Source: Chloroflexota bacterium (lineage in GTDB: Bacteria > Chloroflexota > UBA11872 > VXOZ01). From it: a stretch of DNA of 64,000 nucleotides. The notes below the pieces were generated by a model. It worked only from the letters and a program-made list of their open reading frames with translations, did not search any database and was not told the origin of the DNA. A program made the translations under genes and the position numbers. Positions 19,511 to 28,054 of the stretch are shown here, in pieces (the first letter of the stretch is position 1; the number at the start of each line of letters is the position of its first letter). Where the stretch lies: contig OY760183.1 of assembly GCA_963663275.1 (NCBI GenBank), positions 2,656,001 to 2,720,000 on the forward strand, given 5' to 3'.

Positions 19511-20819
19511 CACCTTTAGCCGGGCACTAGGCAGCAGCGGGGCGTACCGGCTCACGCTGCTCGTCCTGTTCGTGCTCTTTCTCGGCGGGGTTGTCGGCTT
19601 TGCCCTGCGGCTCGGTTCCGGCTTGGAAGACCGGGGGCCGTGGGCCTACTATGCCGCCGTGTTCGGCTTCCTCTTCACCGTCGGCCAAGCGGCGCCCATG
19701 GTGGCGTTCGTGCCGCGCCTGGCGCGCGCCCGCTGGCACGGGCCGCTGGTACGCGCGGCGCAAGTGGTGGCGGTAGCGGGACTGCTCAACGTGCTGCTCT
19801 TCATCCCACTGCTGTGGTTGGTGCCTTCCAGCGCGGTGCGCACTACCGTGTGGTTCGATTGGCCGTGGGGCGCGCCGCACTTCTTCGATACGATTTTCGT
19901 GCTCATGCTCGTGGTCAACGGCTTCGCGTTTCTCTGGGTGCAGGCCATCCCGGACCTCGCCGCCTTGCGCGTGCAGAGCGGCGGCACCCACCGCCTGGCG
20001 CGGCTGCTGTCCGGTTCGTTCATCGGCACGCCCAAGCAGTGGAAAGTGCACCGCATCGGCCTGGCGGTCCTGGGCGGCTGCTACGTCATAAACTTCATCT
20101 TCGTACAGTCGATCATCAGCCTCGACTACGTCATGACCCTCATACCGGGTTGGAAGAGTTCGATGTTTCCCGCCTTCTACAGCATCAACGGCTTGCTGGC
20201 CGCTACGGCCACAACCATCGTCGTCATGGCCGTAATCCGCCGTTTCTACGGGCTGCAGAAGTACATCACCGTGGACCAGTTCTGGAACGTTGCCAAGATC
20301 ATGCTGGCGCTCAACCTGGCGTGGGCGTACCACTGGTGGGCGGACTTTCTCACGTCGTGGTATGGCCGCGTGCCCCGGGAAACGGTGGTTATCATTGGCA
20401 CGCGGAGCTTTGGCGAAAACACGTGGCTCTTCGCCATCGCTTTCATTTCCTGCTTCGTCTTGCCGCTGCTCATCCTGATGTGGAACCCCTGGCGCAAGAG
20501 CATCGCCGGCCCGACGGTCGTGGCCGTTCTTTCGCTGTTCGGCATCTTCATTCAACGCATTATCGACTACGTGCCCGCCTACCTGAACACCCAGAACCCG
20601 CTCGACCACGAACTGCATGAGGCCATCGCCATTCCCTGGCCGGGATTGCCGGACGTTCTGATTATCGTGGGCGGCCTGGCCGGCGCGGTCTTGCTGGTAA
20701 CCTGGGCGGTAAAGGCCCTGGGGCCGCTCTCGAACTGGGAGATGCAGGAGTGCGTCATCCTGCGCCGCAATGAGAAGTTCCTGAACGCTGAAGTGCCGTA
20801 TGTCATCAAGCCACAATAA
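19446..20819 (+). CDS. NrfD/PsrC-family polytopic membrane subunit, ActF-like
   Basis: About 10 TM helices, SLDYVMTLIPGWKSSMFP; lacks ActC His motifs; start approximate, overlaps upstream gene. Confidence 0.75.
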   Translation: MQARQHQHTLEPLPTPAEIARDTFSRALGSSGAYRLTLLVLFVLFLGGVVGFALRLGSGLEDRGPWAYYAAVFGFLFTVGQAAPMVAFVPRLARARWHGPLVRAAQVVAVAGLLNVLLFIPLLWLVPSSAVRTTVWFDWPWGAPHFFDTIFVLMLVVNGFAFLWVQAIPDLAALRVQSGGTHRLARLLSGSFIGTPKQWKVHRIGLAVLGGCYVINFIFVQSIISLDYVMTLIPGWKSSMFPAFYSINGLLAATATTIVVMAVIRRFYGLQKYITVDQFWNVAKIMLALNLAWAYHWWADFLTSWYGRVPRETVVIIGTRSFGENTWLFAIAFISCFVLPLLILMWNPWRKSIAGPTVVAVLSLFGIFIQRIIDYVPAYLNTQNPLDHELHEAIAIPWPGLPDVLIIVGGLAGAVLLVTWAVKALGPLSNWEMQECVILRRNEKFLNAEVPYVIKPQ

Positions 20820-20875
20820 GACACCGCGCCCGCTGCCGCGACTGGCGGCGCGGCAGATGAAGGAGTTGAAACCCC

Positions 20876-22243
20876 ATGCATGAGCGCCCCCGGCTCACGC
20901 CAATTCAGATAAACCGAGACCTCCTGCGGTCGTGCCTGGAAACGCCGTTGGTGTTCTACGTGCTGCTGCTGCTCTTGATGGGCTTGGTGGGGCTTGGCGT
21001 CGTCGCGGCCACGCTGCTGGTAACCTACGGCCTGGGCGTGACCGGCCTCAATCACCCGGTCTTCTGGGGCTTCTTCATCATCAACTTCGTGTTCTGGGTC
21101 GGCATCAGCCACGCCGGCACCATGATTTCCGCAATCCTGCGGCTCACGTCGGCGGAGTGGCGCCGGCCGGTCGTGCGCGCCGCCGAGGTAATGACGGTGT
21201 TCTCCCTCCTGACCGCCGCGCTCTTCGTGGTGCTGCACACGGGCCGCCCGTGGCGCACCCTCTACTGGGCATTCCCCTACGACTTCGTGCGCGGCATCTG
21301 GCCGGACGTCCGCTCTCCCCTGGTCTGGGACCCGAGCGCCATCTTTACGTACCTGACCGGCAGCATTCTCTTCGTCTACTCCGCGCTGATACCCGACCTG
21401 GCCCTGGCCCGCGACAAGACGACCGGCTGGCGGCGCATGGTCTACGGCGTGCTCTGCCTGGGCTGGCGCGGCAACGCGCGGCAATGGAAATTGCTCAGCG
21501 CCACGGGCCTGCTGCTCTCGGCGCTCATCCTGCCCGTGTTCGTCTCCGTCCATAGTATCGTGTCGTGGGACTTCGGCATGTCGCTGGTGCCCGGCTGGCA
21601 CGTGCACATCTTCGCGCCCTACTTCGTCGTCGGCGCGGTGCTCTCCGGCGTGGCGGCCGTAATCGCCCTGATGGCCGTGATGCGCGCCCTCTTCCGCCTC
21701 CACGACTACATTCGCCCGGAGCACTTCGACATGATCGGCCGGCTGCTCATCGTGGTTGCGCTGGCCTGGGCGTACTTCTACTTCATGGACGTGGTGTTCG
21801 CGCTCCTTAGCAAGGAAGAGGCCGAATACGAGGTGATGAAACTGCGGCTGTCGCCGCCGTACCTCTACCTCTTCCTCCTGATGGTTACGTGCAACGTCTT
21901 CCTGCCGGTGCCGATTTGGATGTTCAGGCGGTTCCGGCGCAACATCGGCATCATGGTGTGGACGGCCATCGTCGTCAACATAGGCATGTGGCTGGAGCGT
22001 TTCTTGATCATCATTCCCACCTTGCAGCGGCGGCATCCCGACGCCTTCGCCTGGGGCGACTACTCTGCCAGCCTGGTCGAAATTTCCCTTGTGATATTCT
22101 CGTTCGCCAACGTGGGACTGCTACTGCTGCTTTTCTCCAAGATATTCCCCGTGATTCCCATCTGGGAAGAGAAAGAGGGGCACATCTGGAAACGCGAATT
22201 CCGTATCGGCAAGCTGCGCTTGCCCGCAATAGTGAGAGAATAG
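20876..22243 (+). CDS. actC: ACIII quinol-binding membrane subunit (NrfD family)
   Basis: WG..IINFVFWVGISHAGT.ISAIL, HTGRPW, SPLVWD, SVHSIVSWDF, IFAPYFVVGA, GMWLERF. Confidence 0.92.
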   Translation: MHERPRLTPIQINRDLLRSCLETPLVFYVLLLLLMGLVGLGVVAATLLVTYGLGVTGLNHPVFWGFFIINFVFWVGISHAGTMISAILRLTSAEWRRPVVRAAEVMTVFSLLTAALFVVLHTGRPWRTLYWAFPYDFVRGIWPDVRSPLVWDPSAIFTYLTGSILFVYSALIPDLALARDKTTGWRRMVYGVLCLGWRGNARQWKLLSATGLLLSALILPVFVSVHSIVSWDFGMSLVPGWHVHIFAPYFVVGAVLSGVAAVIALMAVMRALFRLHDYIRPEHFDMIGRLLIVVALAWAYFYFMDVVFALLSKEEAEYEVMKLRLSPPYLYLFLLMVTCNVFLPVPIWMFRRFRRNIGIMVWTAIVVNIGMWLERFLIIIPTLQRRHPDAFAWGDYSASLVEISLVIFSFANVGLLLLLFSKIFPVIPIWEEKEGHIWKREFRIGKLRLPAIVRE

Positions 22244-22253
22244 GGAGGCAACC

Positions 22254-22766
22254 ATGCCCAGTGTAATGGGACTATTCCAATCGGCGGACACCGCGGCCGC
22301 GGCCGCGGACCGCTTGCAGGCTTCTGGGTTTGGCCCGGCCGACTACGAGGTGTTGACCGGCGCGCCCTATCCGGAAGGCGCTTTTGGCGAGGATTCGGGA
22401 GAACACCGTCTCTTCATCTTCCCCCTGGGCGGCGCGATCGTCGGCTTTGCCGTCGGCCTGATGGTGACGGCCGGCACGCAACTCTCCTATCCGCTGGTTA
22501 CGGCGGGCAAACCCATTCTCGGCATACCGCCCATGTTCATCATCATGTACGAGGGCACCATGCTGGGGGCGCTCATCTTTACCATCATGGGCGTTATCTT
22601 CGAGTCGCGCTTGCCAAACCTCAAGGACGATCTCTACGACGCCCGCATCACCGAGGGCTACGTGGGGCTTGTGGTGCGCTGCGAGGACGACGCCCAGGCG
22701 GAGACGGCCCAGACTACCCTCACCGAAGCGGGCGCTGAAGAAGTGAAGCACCAGGAAAAGAGCTAA
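22254..22766 (+). CDS. actD: ACIII subunit ActD (DUF3341)
   Basis: Two TM helices, PYP, YPL..AGKP, IMYEGTMLG, YDARITEG. Confidence 0.85.
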   Translation: MPSVMGLFQSADTAAAAADRLQASGFGPADYEVLTGAPYPEGAFGEDSGEHRLFIFPLGGAIVGFAVGLMVTAGTQLSYPLVTAGKPILGIPPMFIIMYEGTMLGALIFTIMGVIFESRLPNLKDDLYDARITEGYVGLVVRCEDDAQAETAQTTLTEAGAEEVKHQEKS

Positions 22767-22771
22767 CCGGA

Positions 22772-23338
22772 ATGCGAGACCGGCTGCGTTTACATGGCCT
22801 GTTCCGCTCTGTGCCGAAACCTACGCGCCTGCGCTGGCTGGCGTTGAGCATTGTCTCCGGCGTCCTGCTGACCGGGCTGCTCTCGTCGTGCTACGGCTAC
22901 CTCTGGGACGTCTTCCCGGAGATGCACTACCAGCAGTCCTACCGGCTCCAGGAACCGCCCCGGCGTATGCCTCCCGAAGAGTCTGTGCCGGTGACCGGCA
23001 GGGAACGCGAATACAGCTTCGCGGAAGCTGCGGAAATTACCAATCCGCTCCCCAGCACGCCCGACAGCATAGAATCCGGCCGGCAATTGTTCCAGACCAA
23101 TTGCAAGCACTGCCACGGCGTGGAAGGCCGCGGCGACGGCCCTTCGGGTCTGTATTTCGAACCGACGCCGCAGGCAATGCAGGGCGAGCGGGTAACCGAA
23201 CGCAGCGACGGCGAGATTTTCTGGATACTCGGCAACGGCTCGGCCAACATGCCCTCTTTCGGCAACTTGCTCACACACGAGGAACGTTGGGAACTCATCC
23301 TCTTCATTCGGTCATTGCAGCAGCAGGAAAACGGCTAG
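22772..23338 (+). CDS. actE: Monoheme cytochrome c lipoprotein ActE
   Basis: Lipobox LSSC, EMHYQQS, PP..SVP, CKHCHG..G.GDG, SDGEIF, MPSF, EERW. Confidence 0.85.
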   Translation: MRDRLRLHGLFRSVPKPTRLRWLALSIVSGVLLTGLLSSCYGYLWDVFPEMHYQQSYRLQEPPRRMPPEESVPVTGREREYSFAEAAEITNPLPSTPDSIESGRQLFQTNCKHCHGVEGRGDGPSGLYFEPTPQAMQGERVTERSDGEIFWILGNGSANMPSFGNLLTHEERWELILFIRSLQQQENG

Positions 23339-23356
23339 CGACTGGAGATAGCGCAC

Positions 23357-23647
23357 ATGGACCACCATCCGCTCTCACTACCAATCTGGGACGAACTGAA
23401 CACCGGCTTCATCTTCTTCTGGCTGGCGCTCCTGATGATGGTGGCCGTGGCCGTCTCGTTCCTGCTGGCCCACGCCATTATCCCGTCTCTGGTTGGCACT
23501 CGCGACCTGCCGCCGGGATTTGCCAAACTGCGGCCGGTGTTCTACGCGGCGACGATCATCGCCCTGCTCCTCGCCCTCTTCCTCTACTACACCACGTGGG
23601 AGACGGTTTCCGTCTATCTGGAGGTCTTTCCGCGCAAGTGGATCTAG
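23357..23647 (+). CDS. Small two-TM membrane protein, last gene of the ACIII operon
   Basis: GGAG RBS, two hydrophobic helices, lies before the operon terminator. Confidence 0.7.
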   Translation: MDHHPLSLPIWDELNTGFIFFWLALLMMVAVAVSFLLAHAIIPSLVGTRDLPPGFAKLRPVFYAATIIALLLALFLYYTTWETVSVYLEVFPRKWI

Positions 23648-23666
23648 GCATTTGACGGGCTGTACG

Positions 23667-23707
23667 GCAGAGGGAGGACGCCGCTTGGCGTCCTCCCTCT
23701 GCTTTTT
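23667..23707 (+). terminator. Rho-independent terminator of the ACIII operon
   Basis: GCAGAGGGAGGACGCC-GCTT-GGCGTCCTCCCTCTGC-TTTTT. Confidence 0.9.
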
Positions 23708-23791
23708 CGTTTAGTAATGCCTTGCGGGATTCGCCGCTTGGCGGCGAAGTCGCTGACGGGGCCCAAGGCGTCCCCCGCCGCCGGCAGCCGC

Positions 23792-23840
23792 TTGACGGAT
23801 TTTCTCCGCTCTTGCTACAATGTTAAGTAGCTTAGTCAAC
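23792..23840 (+). promoter_or_regulatory. Promoter with overlapping Rrf2-type imperfect palindrome
   Basis: TTGACG-18bp-TACAAT (extended -10), then GTTAAGTA-GCT-TAGTCAAC. Confidence 0.6.
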
Positions 23841-23874
23841 TTTATCGCATTAGACACCGTTAGGAGTTTGACAT

Positions 23875-24714
23875 ATGGCCGAATACGCCGATTCTGACGT
23901 GCTCGTTTCCACCGATTGGGTAGCCCGGCACGGCGGCGACGCCAACGTGCGGCTCGTAGAGGTAGACGTCGATACTACCGCTTACGAGACCGGCCACGTC
24001 GCCGGCGCGGTCGATTGGGGCTGGCAGTCCGACCTCAACGATCCCGTGCGGCGCGACCTGATCGGCAAAGAAGACCTGGAACGGCTGCTGGGCCAGTGCG
24101 GCATCAAGCCCGATACCACCGTGGTGCTCTATGGCGACAACAACAACTGGTTCGCCGCGTTCGCCCACTGGATTCTCAAGATCTACGGGCACCGGGACGC
24201 CCGCCTGATGAACGGCGGCCGCGTTAAGTGGCTGGAAGAGGGCCGGCCGCTGACCGATGACATTCCCCACGTGGCGGCAACGGCGTACACCGCCCAGGAG
24301 CCGGACGCCGCCCTGCGGGTCTTTCAAGGCGGCGTGCAAGAACGCTTGGGCAACCCCAGCGTCGGCCTGGTGGACGTGCGCTCGCCGCAGGAGTTCACCG
24401 GCGAAATCCTGGCGCCCCCCGGCCTGCCGGAAACCGCCCAGCGCGGCGGCCACATTCCCGGCGCGGCCAACGTTCCCTGGGCGTCGGCCGTGGCCGAGGA
24501 CGGCACGTTCAAGTCTCCCGACGAACTGCGCGCAATCTACGCCGGCCAAGGCATCGTGCCCGATAAGGAAATCGTCACCTACTGCCGCATTGGCGAACGG
24601 TCTTCCCACACCTGGTTCGTGCTCAAGTATCTGCTGGAGTACCCGGACGTGCGCAACTACGACGGCTCGTGGACCGAGTGGGGCAGCATGATCGGCGTGC
24701 CGATTGAGAAGTAG
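23875..24714 (+). CDS. Two-domain rhodanese / thiosulfate sulfurtransferase (CysA/SseA type)
   Basis: LVSTDW, LYGDNNNWFAA, DVRSPQEFTG, GHIPGA, YCRIGERSS, NYDGSWTEWG. Confidence 0.95.
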   Translation: MAEYADSDVLVSTDWVARHGGDANVRLVEVDVDTTAYETGHVAGAVDWGWQSDLNDPVRRDLIGKEDLERLLGQCGIKPDTTVVLYGDNNNWFAAFAHWILKIYGHRDARLMNGGRVKWLEEGRPLTDDIPHVAATAYTAQEPDAALRVFQGGVQERLGNPSVGLVDVRSPQEFTGEILAPPGLPETAQRGGHIPGAANVPWASAVAEDGTFKSPDELRAIYAGQGIVPDKEIVTYCRIGERSSHTWFVLKYLLEYPDVRNYDGSWTEWGSMIGVPIEK

Positions 24715-24777
24715 GCGTTCCCCACTAGATTGCAGCCGCAAGCGCAACGGCGCAGACGCGCGTAAACCGCCATAAAA

Positions 24778-24815
24778 CAAAGAAGGCTACGACCCGTGGA
24801 TCGTAGCCTTCTTTG
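24778..24815. terminator. Bidirectional terminator between convergent genes
   Basis: CAAAGAAGGCTACGA-8nt-TCGTAGCCTTCTTTG. Confidence 0.8.
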
Positions 24816-24874
24816 CGTTTCCAGCCAATTCGCCTAAATGTGGAGCCGTTGCCCCACTTGCGTACAGCGGCGCA

Positions 24875-26809
24875 TCAGTAGAGTTTCGTCAGTTCCACGC
24901 CGGTGTAGTACGTCTTCAGGATCCGGTCGTAGGTCATCCCTTGCCTGGCCAGCACCAGGGTGCTTTGCAGCGGCATGCCCACGCCGTGCCCGAGCAGCGT
25001 CGAGCCTTCGCTGGCCGGATCCGGCACGCTCACCGCCCAGGGGTAGCCGGGGCCGCCCCAGACCTCCTTCCAGGAGCGAGTCTTGCCGTCCGCCCGCGAG
25101 TAGTAGGCGGCGCGGATTACCGTGCCGTTGTAGGTCATGAACTGTCCGCGCGTCGCGTTGGCGGCCGCCTCCAGATTCTTGCCCAGCGTCTCGCGGTAAT
25201 AGCCCAGGTACCATTGGTGCGAACCCACGTACGGCGGCACGTAGGCATGGGACGCGCCGATGTCGAAGGGTTCCTTATTGCAGAGGCAGCCCAGACCCGG
25301 CCACTGCGGATTCATGTGCGAAAGCGCGTAGGTGCGGTAGGCCACGGTCGCCGCCTTCAGCCCCTCGGCCGGGAACGACTCCGGTTCCTCGCCGATCCCC
25401 TTCACGTAGTACTCCATCGGCAACTCGTTGATGGCCCACAGGCGGTCCGAGTAGTCCGAATAGCGCACTTCCACCACTCGCCGGTACTGCCGGTAGCGGG
25501 GCATGTCGAGCACGCTCAGAATAGTGTTGCCCTGCGCTTCGAAGCGCGCGAGATTGGGCACTTCCGCCACGTCGCGGCCGTCGAGCGTCAGGCGATAGCG
25601 CGACCGCGCGGGGATGTGCGTCACCGTGACAACCTGGTTGGCCGTGAATCTAAAGACCGTTCTGCTGTTTTCATCCACGGCGTGGAACGCGCCGCTACCG
25701 GAAATCCTCATGCTCTGCTCGGTCGTGGAATAGACGCCAACACGGATGATCATGCCGTCCGCGCCGGACACGACCGTCGGCGTGGGCTGCGGCCTCGCCC
25801 TTGGCGTGGGAATGGGAGTCGGCACAGGCGTCGGGCGCTGCACGACGATCACCTGCCGCGTGCCGGCCGAGGGGTCGCGCAGCGCCACCCAGCCGCGGCC
25901 TCCCTGCCACAGATCCCATTGCAGCGTGTAGGTCCCTCCTTGCGGGGGCGTGCTGAGCGTTATGTCAACATTGGCCACGCTGCCCGCGATCACCGGATGC
26001 GGCAGCGGCGTCCGCGCCGTTACCCACGCCATCGCGCCATCCATGTTGAGCAACCGGTAGCCTGGCGAGACGGCGCCCGGCCCCGTCGCCGGCCAGCGCA
26101 TGATGCCGACGTTCTGTACCGTCACCCGCAGGGGCACTTCCTGGTTCGGCAAGAGCCTGTCGGGCATTCCGACAACCCAGAAGCGGCCGCGCGGACCGAC
26201 CTTCGCCGCCAATTCTTCGCCCAGTTTGCCCAGGACGATCTGGCTGTTCGCCGGCAACTCCGGATGATACTCGAAACGCGCTCGCTGGAAGTATTGCACG
26301 GCCCTGCCGTTCTCGACTATCGCTTCGGAGATCGGATAGCCGAAGATGTCCAGGCCGCCCCGTGAGTCATAGAAGCGCAGGAACGCGCCCCGCACGACGT
26401 GTTGCGTAAGCGGAAAGTACCGTTGCGTCGGTGTCTCAGGCACGGGTGACGCCGTGGCAAAATTGCGGCCCGCGGTGAGTATGTCGCCCAGCAACCCCAG
26501 TTCTACTTCATAGGGCGTACCGGCGTGTTCGGGATGGTATTCGAAGCGCGCGCGCTGGAAGTACTGTACGGTAAACCCGTTTTCCTGGATTTCCGGCGTA
26601 ATCGGATAGCCGAATATCTCCACGCCGCCGCGCTGCTCGAAGTAGCGCTTGAAGCCGAATGAAACCGACATGCCCGTTTCAGGAAAGTATCGGGTGTGTT
26701 CGTCGGCGCGCGCCGGCTGGGGCCACCACGCGGCAATCAACGCGAGCAGGAACACCAGCCCCGCGCGGTAGGAATAACGGCGAATGGCACTTCCATCAGC
26801 GGAACGCAT
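24875..26809 (-). CDS. Secreted SpoIID/LytB-domain protein with two Chloroflexi-type YFPETG/GYPI repeats and an Ig-like domain
   Basis: Signal peptide; 2x YFP.T...GG..IFGYPI...QYFQRARFEYHPE; INELPMEYYVKG, KA..VA.RTYA, GHGVGM, ILKTYYTG. Confidence 0.85.
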   Translation of the reverse strand: MRSADGSAIRRYSYRAGLVFLLALIAAWWPQPARADEHTRYFPETGMSVSFGFKRYFEQRGGVEIFGYPITPEIQENGFTVQYFQRARFEYHPEHAGTPYEVELGLLGDILTAGRNFATASPVPETPTQRYFPLTQHVVRGAFLRFYDSRGGLDIFGYPISEAIVENGRAVQYFQRARFEYHPELPANSQIVLGKLGEELAAKVGPRGRFWVVGMPDRLLPNQEVPLRVTVQNVGIMRWPATGPGAVSPGYRLLNMDGAMAWVTARTPLPHPVIAGSVANVDITLSTPPQGGTYTLQWDLWQGGRGWVALRDPSAGTRQVIVVQRPTPVPTPIPTPRARPQPTPTVVSGADGMIIRVGVYSTTEQSMRISGSGAFHAVDENSRTVFRFTANQVVTVTHIPARSRYRLTLDGRDVAEVPNLARFEAQGNTILSVLDMPRYRQYRRVVEVRYSDYSDRLWAINELPMEYYVKGIGEEPESFPAEGLKAATVAYRTYALSHMNPQWPGLGCLCNKEPFDIGASHAYVPPYVGSHQWYLGYYRETLGKNLEAAANATRGQFMTYNGTVIRAAYYSRADGKTRSWKEVWGGPGYPWAVSVPDPASEGSTLLGHGVGMPLQSTLVLARQGMTYDRILKTYYTGVELTKLY

Positions 26810-26839
26810 AGAAACTCAGCCCTTCGATGTGTAGTTCTG

Positions 26840-27616
26840 TCACTCTTCGGTTTGGGGTTTGCGCAACAGCAAGCAGACTCCGCCCGCCTTGTCCACTTCA
26901 TCAGCGGTGAGAAAGCCGTAGATCCGTGACGGCATTACGGCATTCACCCAGCCGGTAAACATCCGGCTAAACCGCTTCGTGGTCGGGCCGTGGAGGAGCG
27001 CGAACAGGAGCGGCACGCGCACGCCAAAGAACTCCCGCCTGACTATCTCCAGCCCGGTAGGCTCGATGACTCGCGCGTTCAGTGCGGCGCCGTCGTAGAT
27101 GCGCTGGAACCGCTCCTGCGCGGGACCCTCTCCCGGCGGGCGGTACGATCGACCGTATGGCAAGGTAAGCGCCAGCAGACCCCCCGGCGCGAGCGCGCGC
27201 GCCATCTCCCGCGCCACGATGCTGTCGCCGTCTTCAGGAATGTGCTCCAGCACGGAGACGGCGCACACCCGCGCAAAGTGTGCGTCCGCATACGGCAAGG
27301 CGCGGGCGTCGTGCAGCCGGGGCGTGATGTTGCGTGCCGCGCCGGTCATGGCGGCGCGGGTCGCCATCGTCGGCAGATCCATCACCAGCGGATCAAGGTC
27401 CAGCGCCGTGACCGCCGCGCCCTGCCCCGCCAGCAAGATTGTGAGCGGCGAGCGGCTTGCTCCCACGTCCAGCGCCCGGCGGCCGGCGAGCGGTTGCAGG
27501 GCATTGGCCGTCCAGGAATACTCCAAGTAGCGACACACGTCCAAACCGTAGAGATAGCGGAAGGGTTGGAGCCGCCCATGAAACCGGTAGAAATCCAGCG
27601 GGGTGATGCTCTGCAT
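26840..27616 (-). CDS. Class I SAM-dependent methyltransferase
   Basis: ALDVGAS, DARALPY, SVLEHIP.DGD, LAPGG.L.LTLPY; start approximate. Confidence 0.85.
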   Translation of the reverse strand: MQSITPLDFYRFHGRLQPFRYLYGLDVCRYLEYSWTANALQPLAGRRALDVGASRSPLTILLAGQGAAVTALDLDPLVMDLPTMATRAAMTGAARNITPRLHDARALPYADAHFARVCAVSVLEHIPEDGDSIVAREMARALAPGGLLALTLPYGRSYRPPGEGPAQERFQRIYDGAALNARVIEPTGLEIVRREFFGVRVPLLFALLHGPTTKRFSRMFTGWVNAVMPSRIYGFLTADEVDKAGGVCLLLRKPQTEE

Positions 27617-27758
27617 ACCGTAGCTTCGGCGTGGGAGAAGAATCCGCGCCATCCTACATTTCGTAGAATCGCACAGTCTCCTTAATAGGATACCACGAAC
27701 GCCATCGCCGCAACTACCACCCGGCCCCGGCCAATGAGCAACCCGCCTCATTTCTCCG

Positions 27759-27922
27759 GTAGCGCAGGTTAGTATCCTGCGTCGCTCTTCTTCAGCGCAG
27801 GTTTGCAACCTGCGTCTCTTCCCCCCGGTAGCCCAGGTTTGCAGCCTGCGTCCCTCTTCTCCGATAGCGCAGGTTTGCAACCTGCGTCTCTTCTCCCCAG
27901 CAGCCCAGGCTTGAAACCTGCG
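27759..27922 (+). repeat. Five tandem copies (~36-bp period) of GTAG-type REP family A (GTAGCGCAGGTTTGCAACCTGCG)
   Basis: Copies near 27759, 27792, 27828, 27864, 27900 with related pyrimidine-rich linkers. Confidence 0.88.
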
Positions 27923-27962
27923 CAGCGGAAGAGCCGCCGCGGCAGGATGCCACTACACGGTC

Positions 27963-28014
27963 CGTAACACAGGTGTAGGGGCACGACATGTCGTGCCCCT
28001 ACACCTGTGTTACG
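27963..28014. repeat. Perfect 52-bp palindrome with GTAGGGGCACGACATGTCGTGCCCCTAC REP core
   Basis: 26-bp arms, no spacer, no mismatch. Confidence 0.92.
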
Positions 28015-28054
28015 AGCGGTCAATCGCATTCAATGGCGCCGGCGCATCCCGCGA

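Noticed and set aside
27759-27922. Second CRISPR-like array
   Set aside because: Degenerate repeats with short related linkers; REP family A
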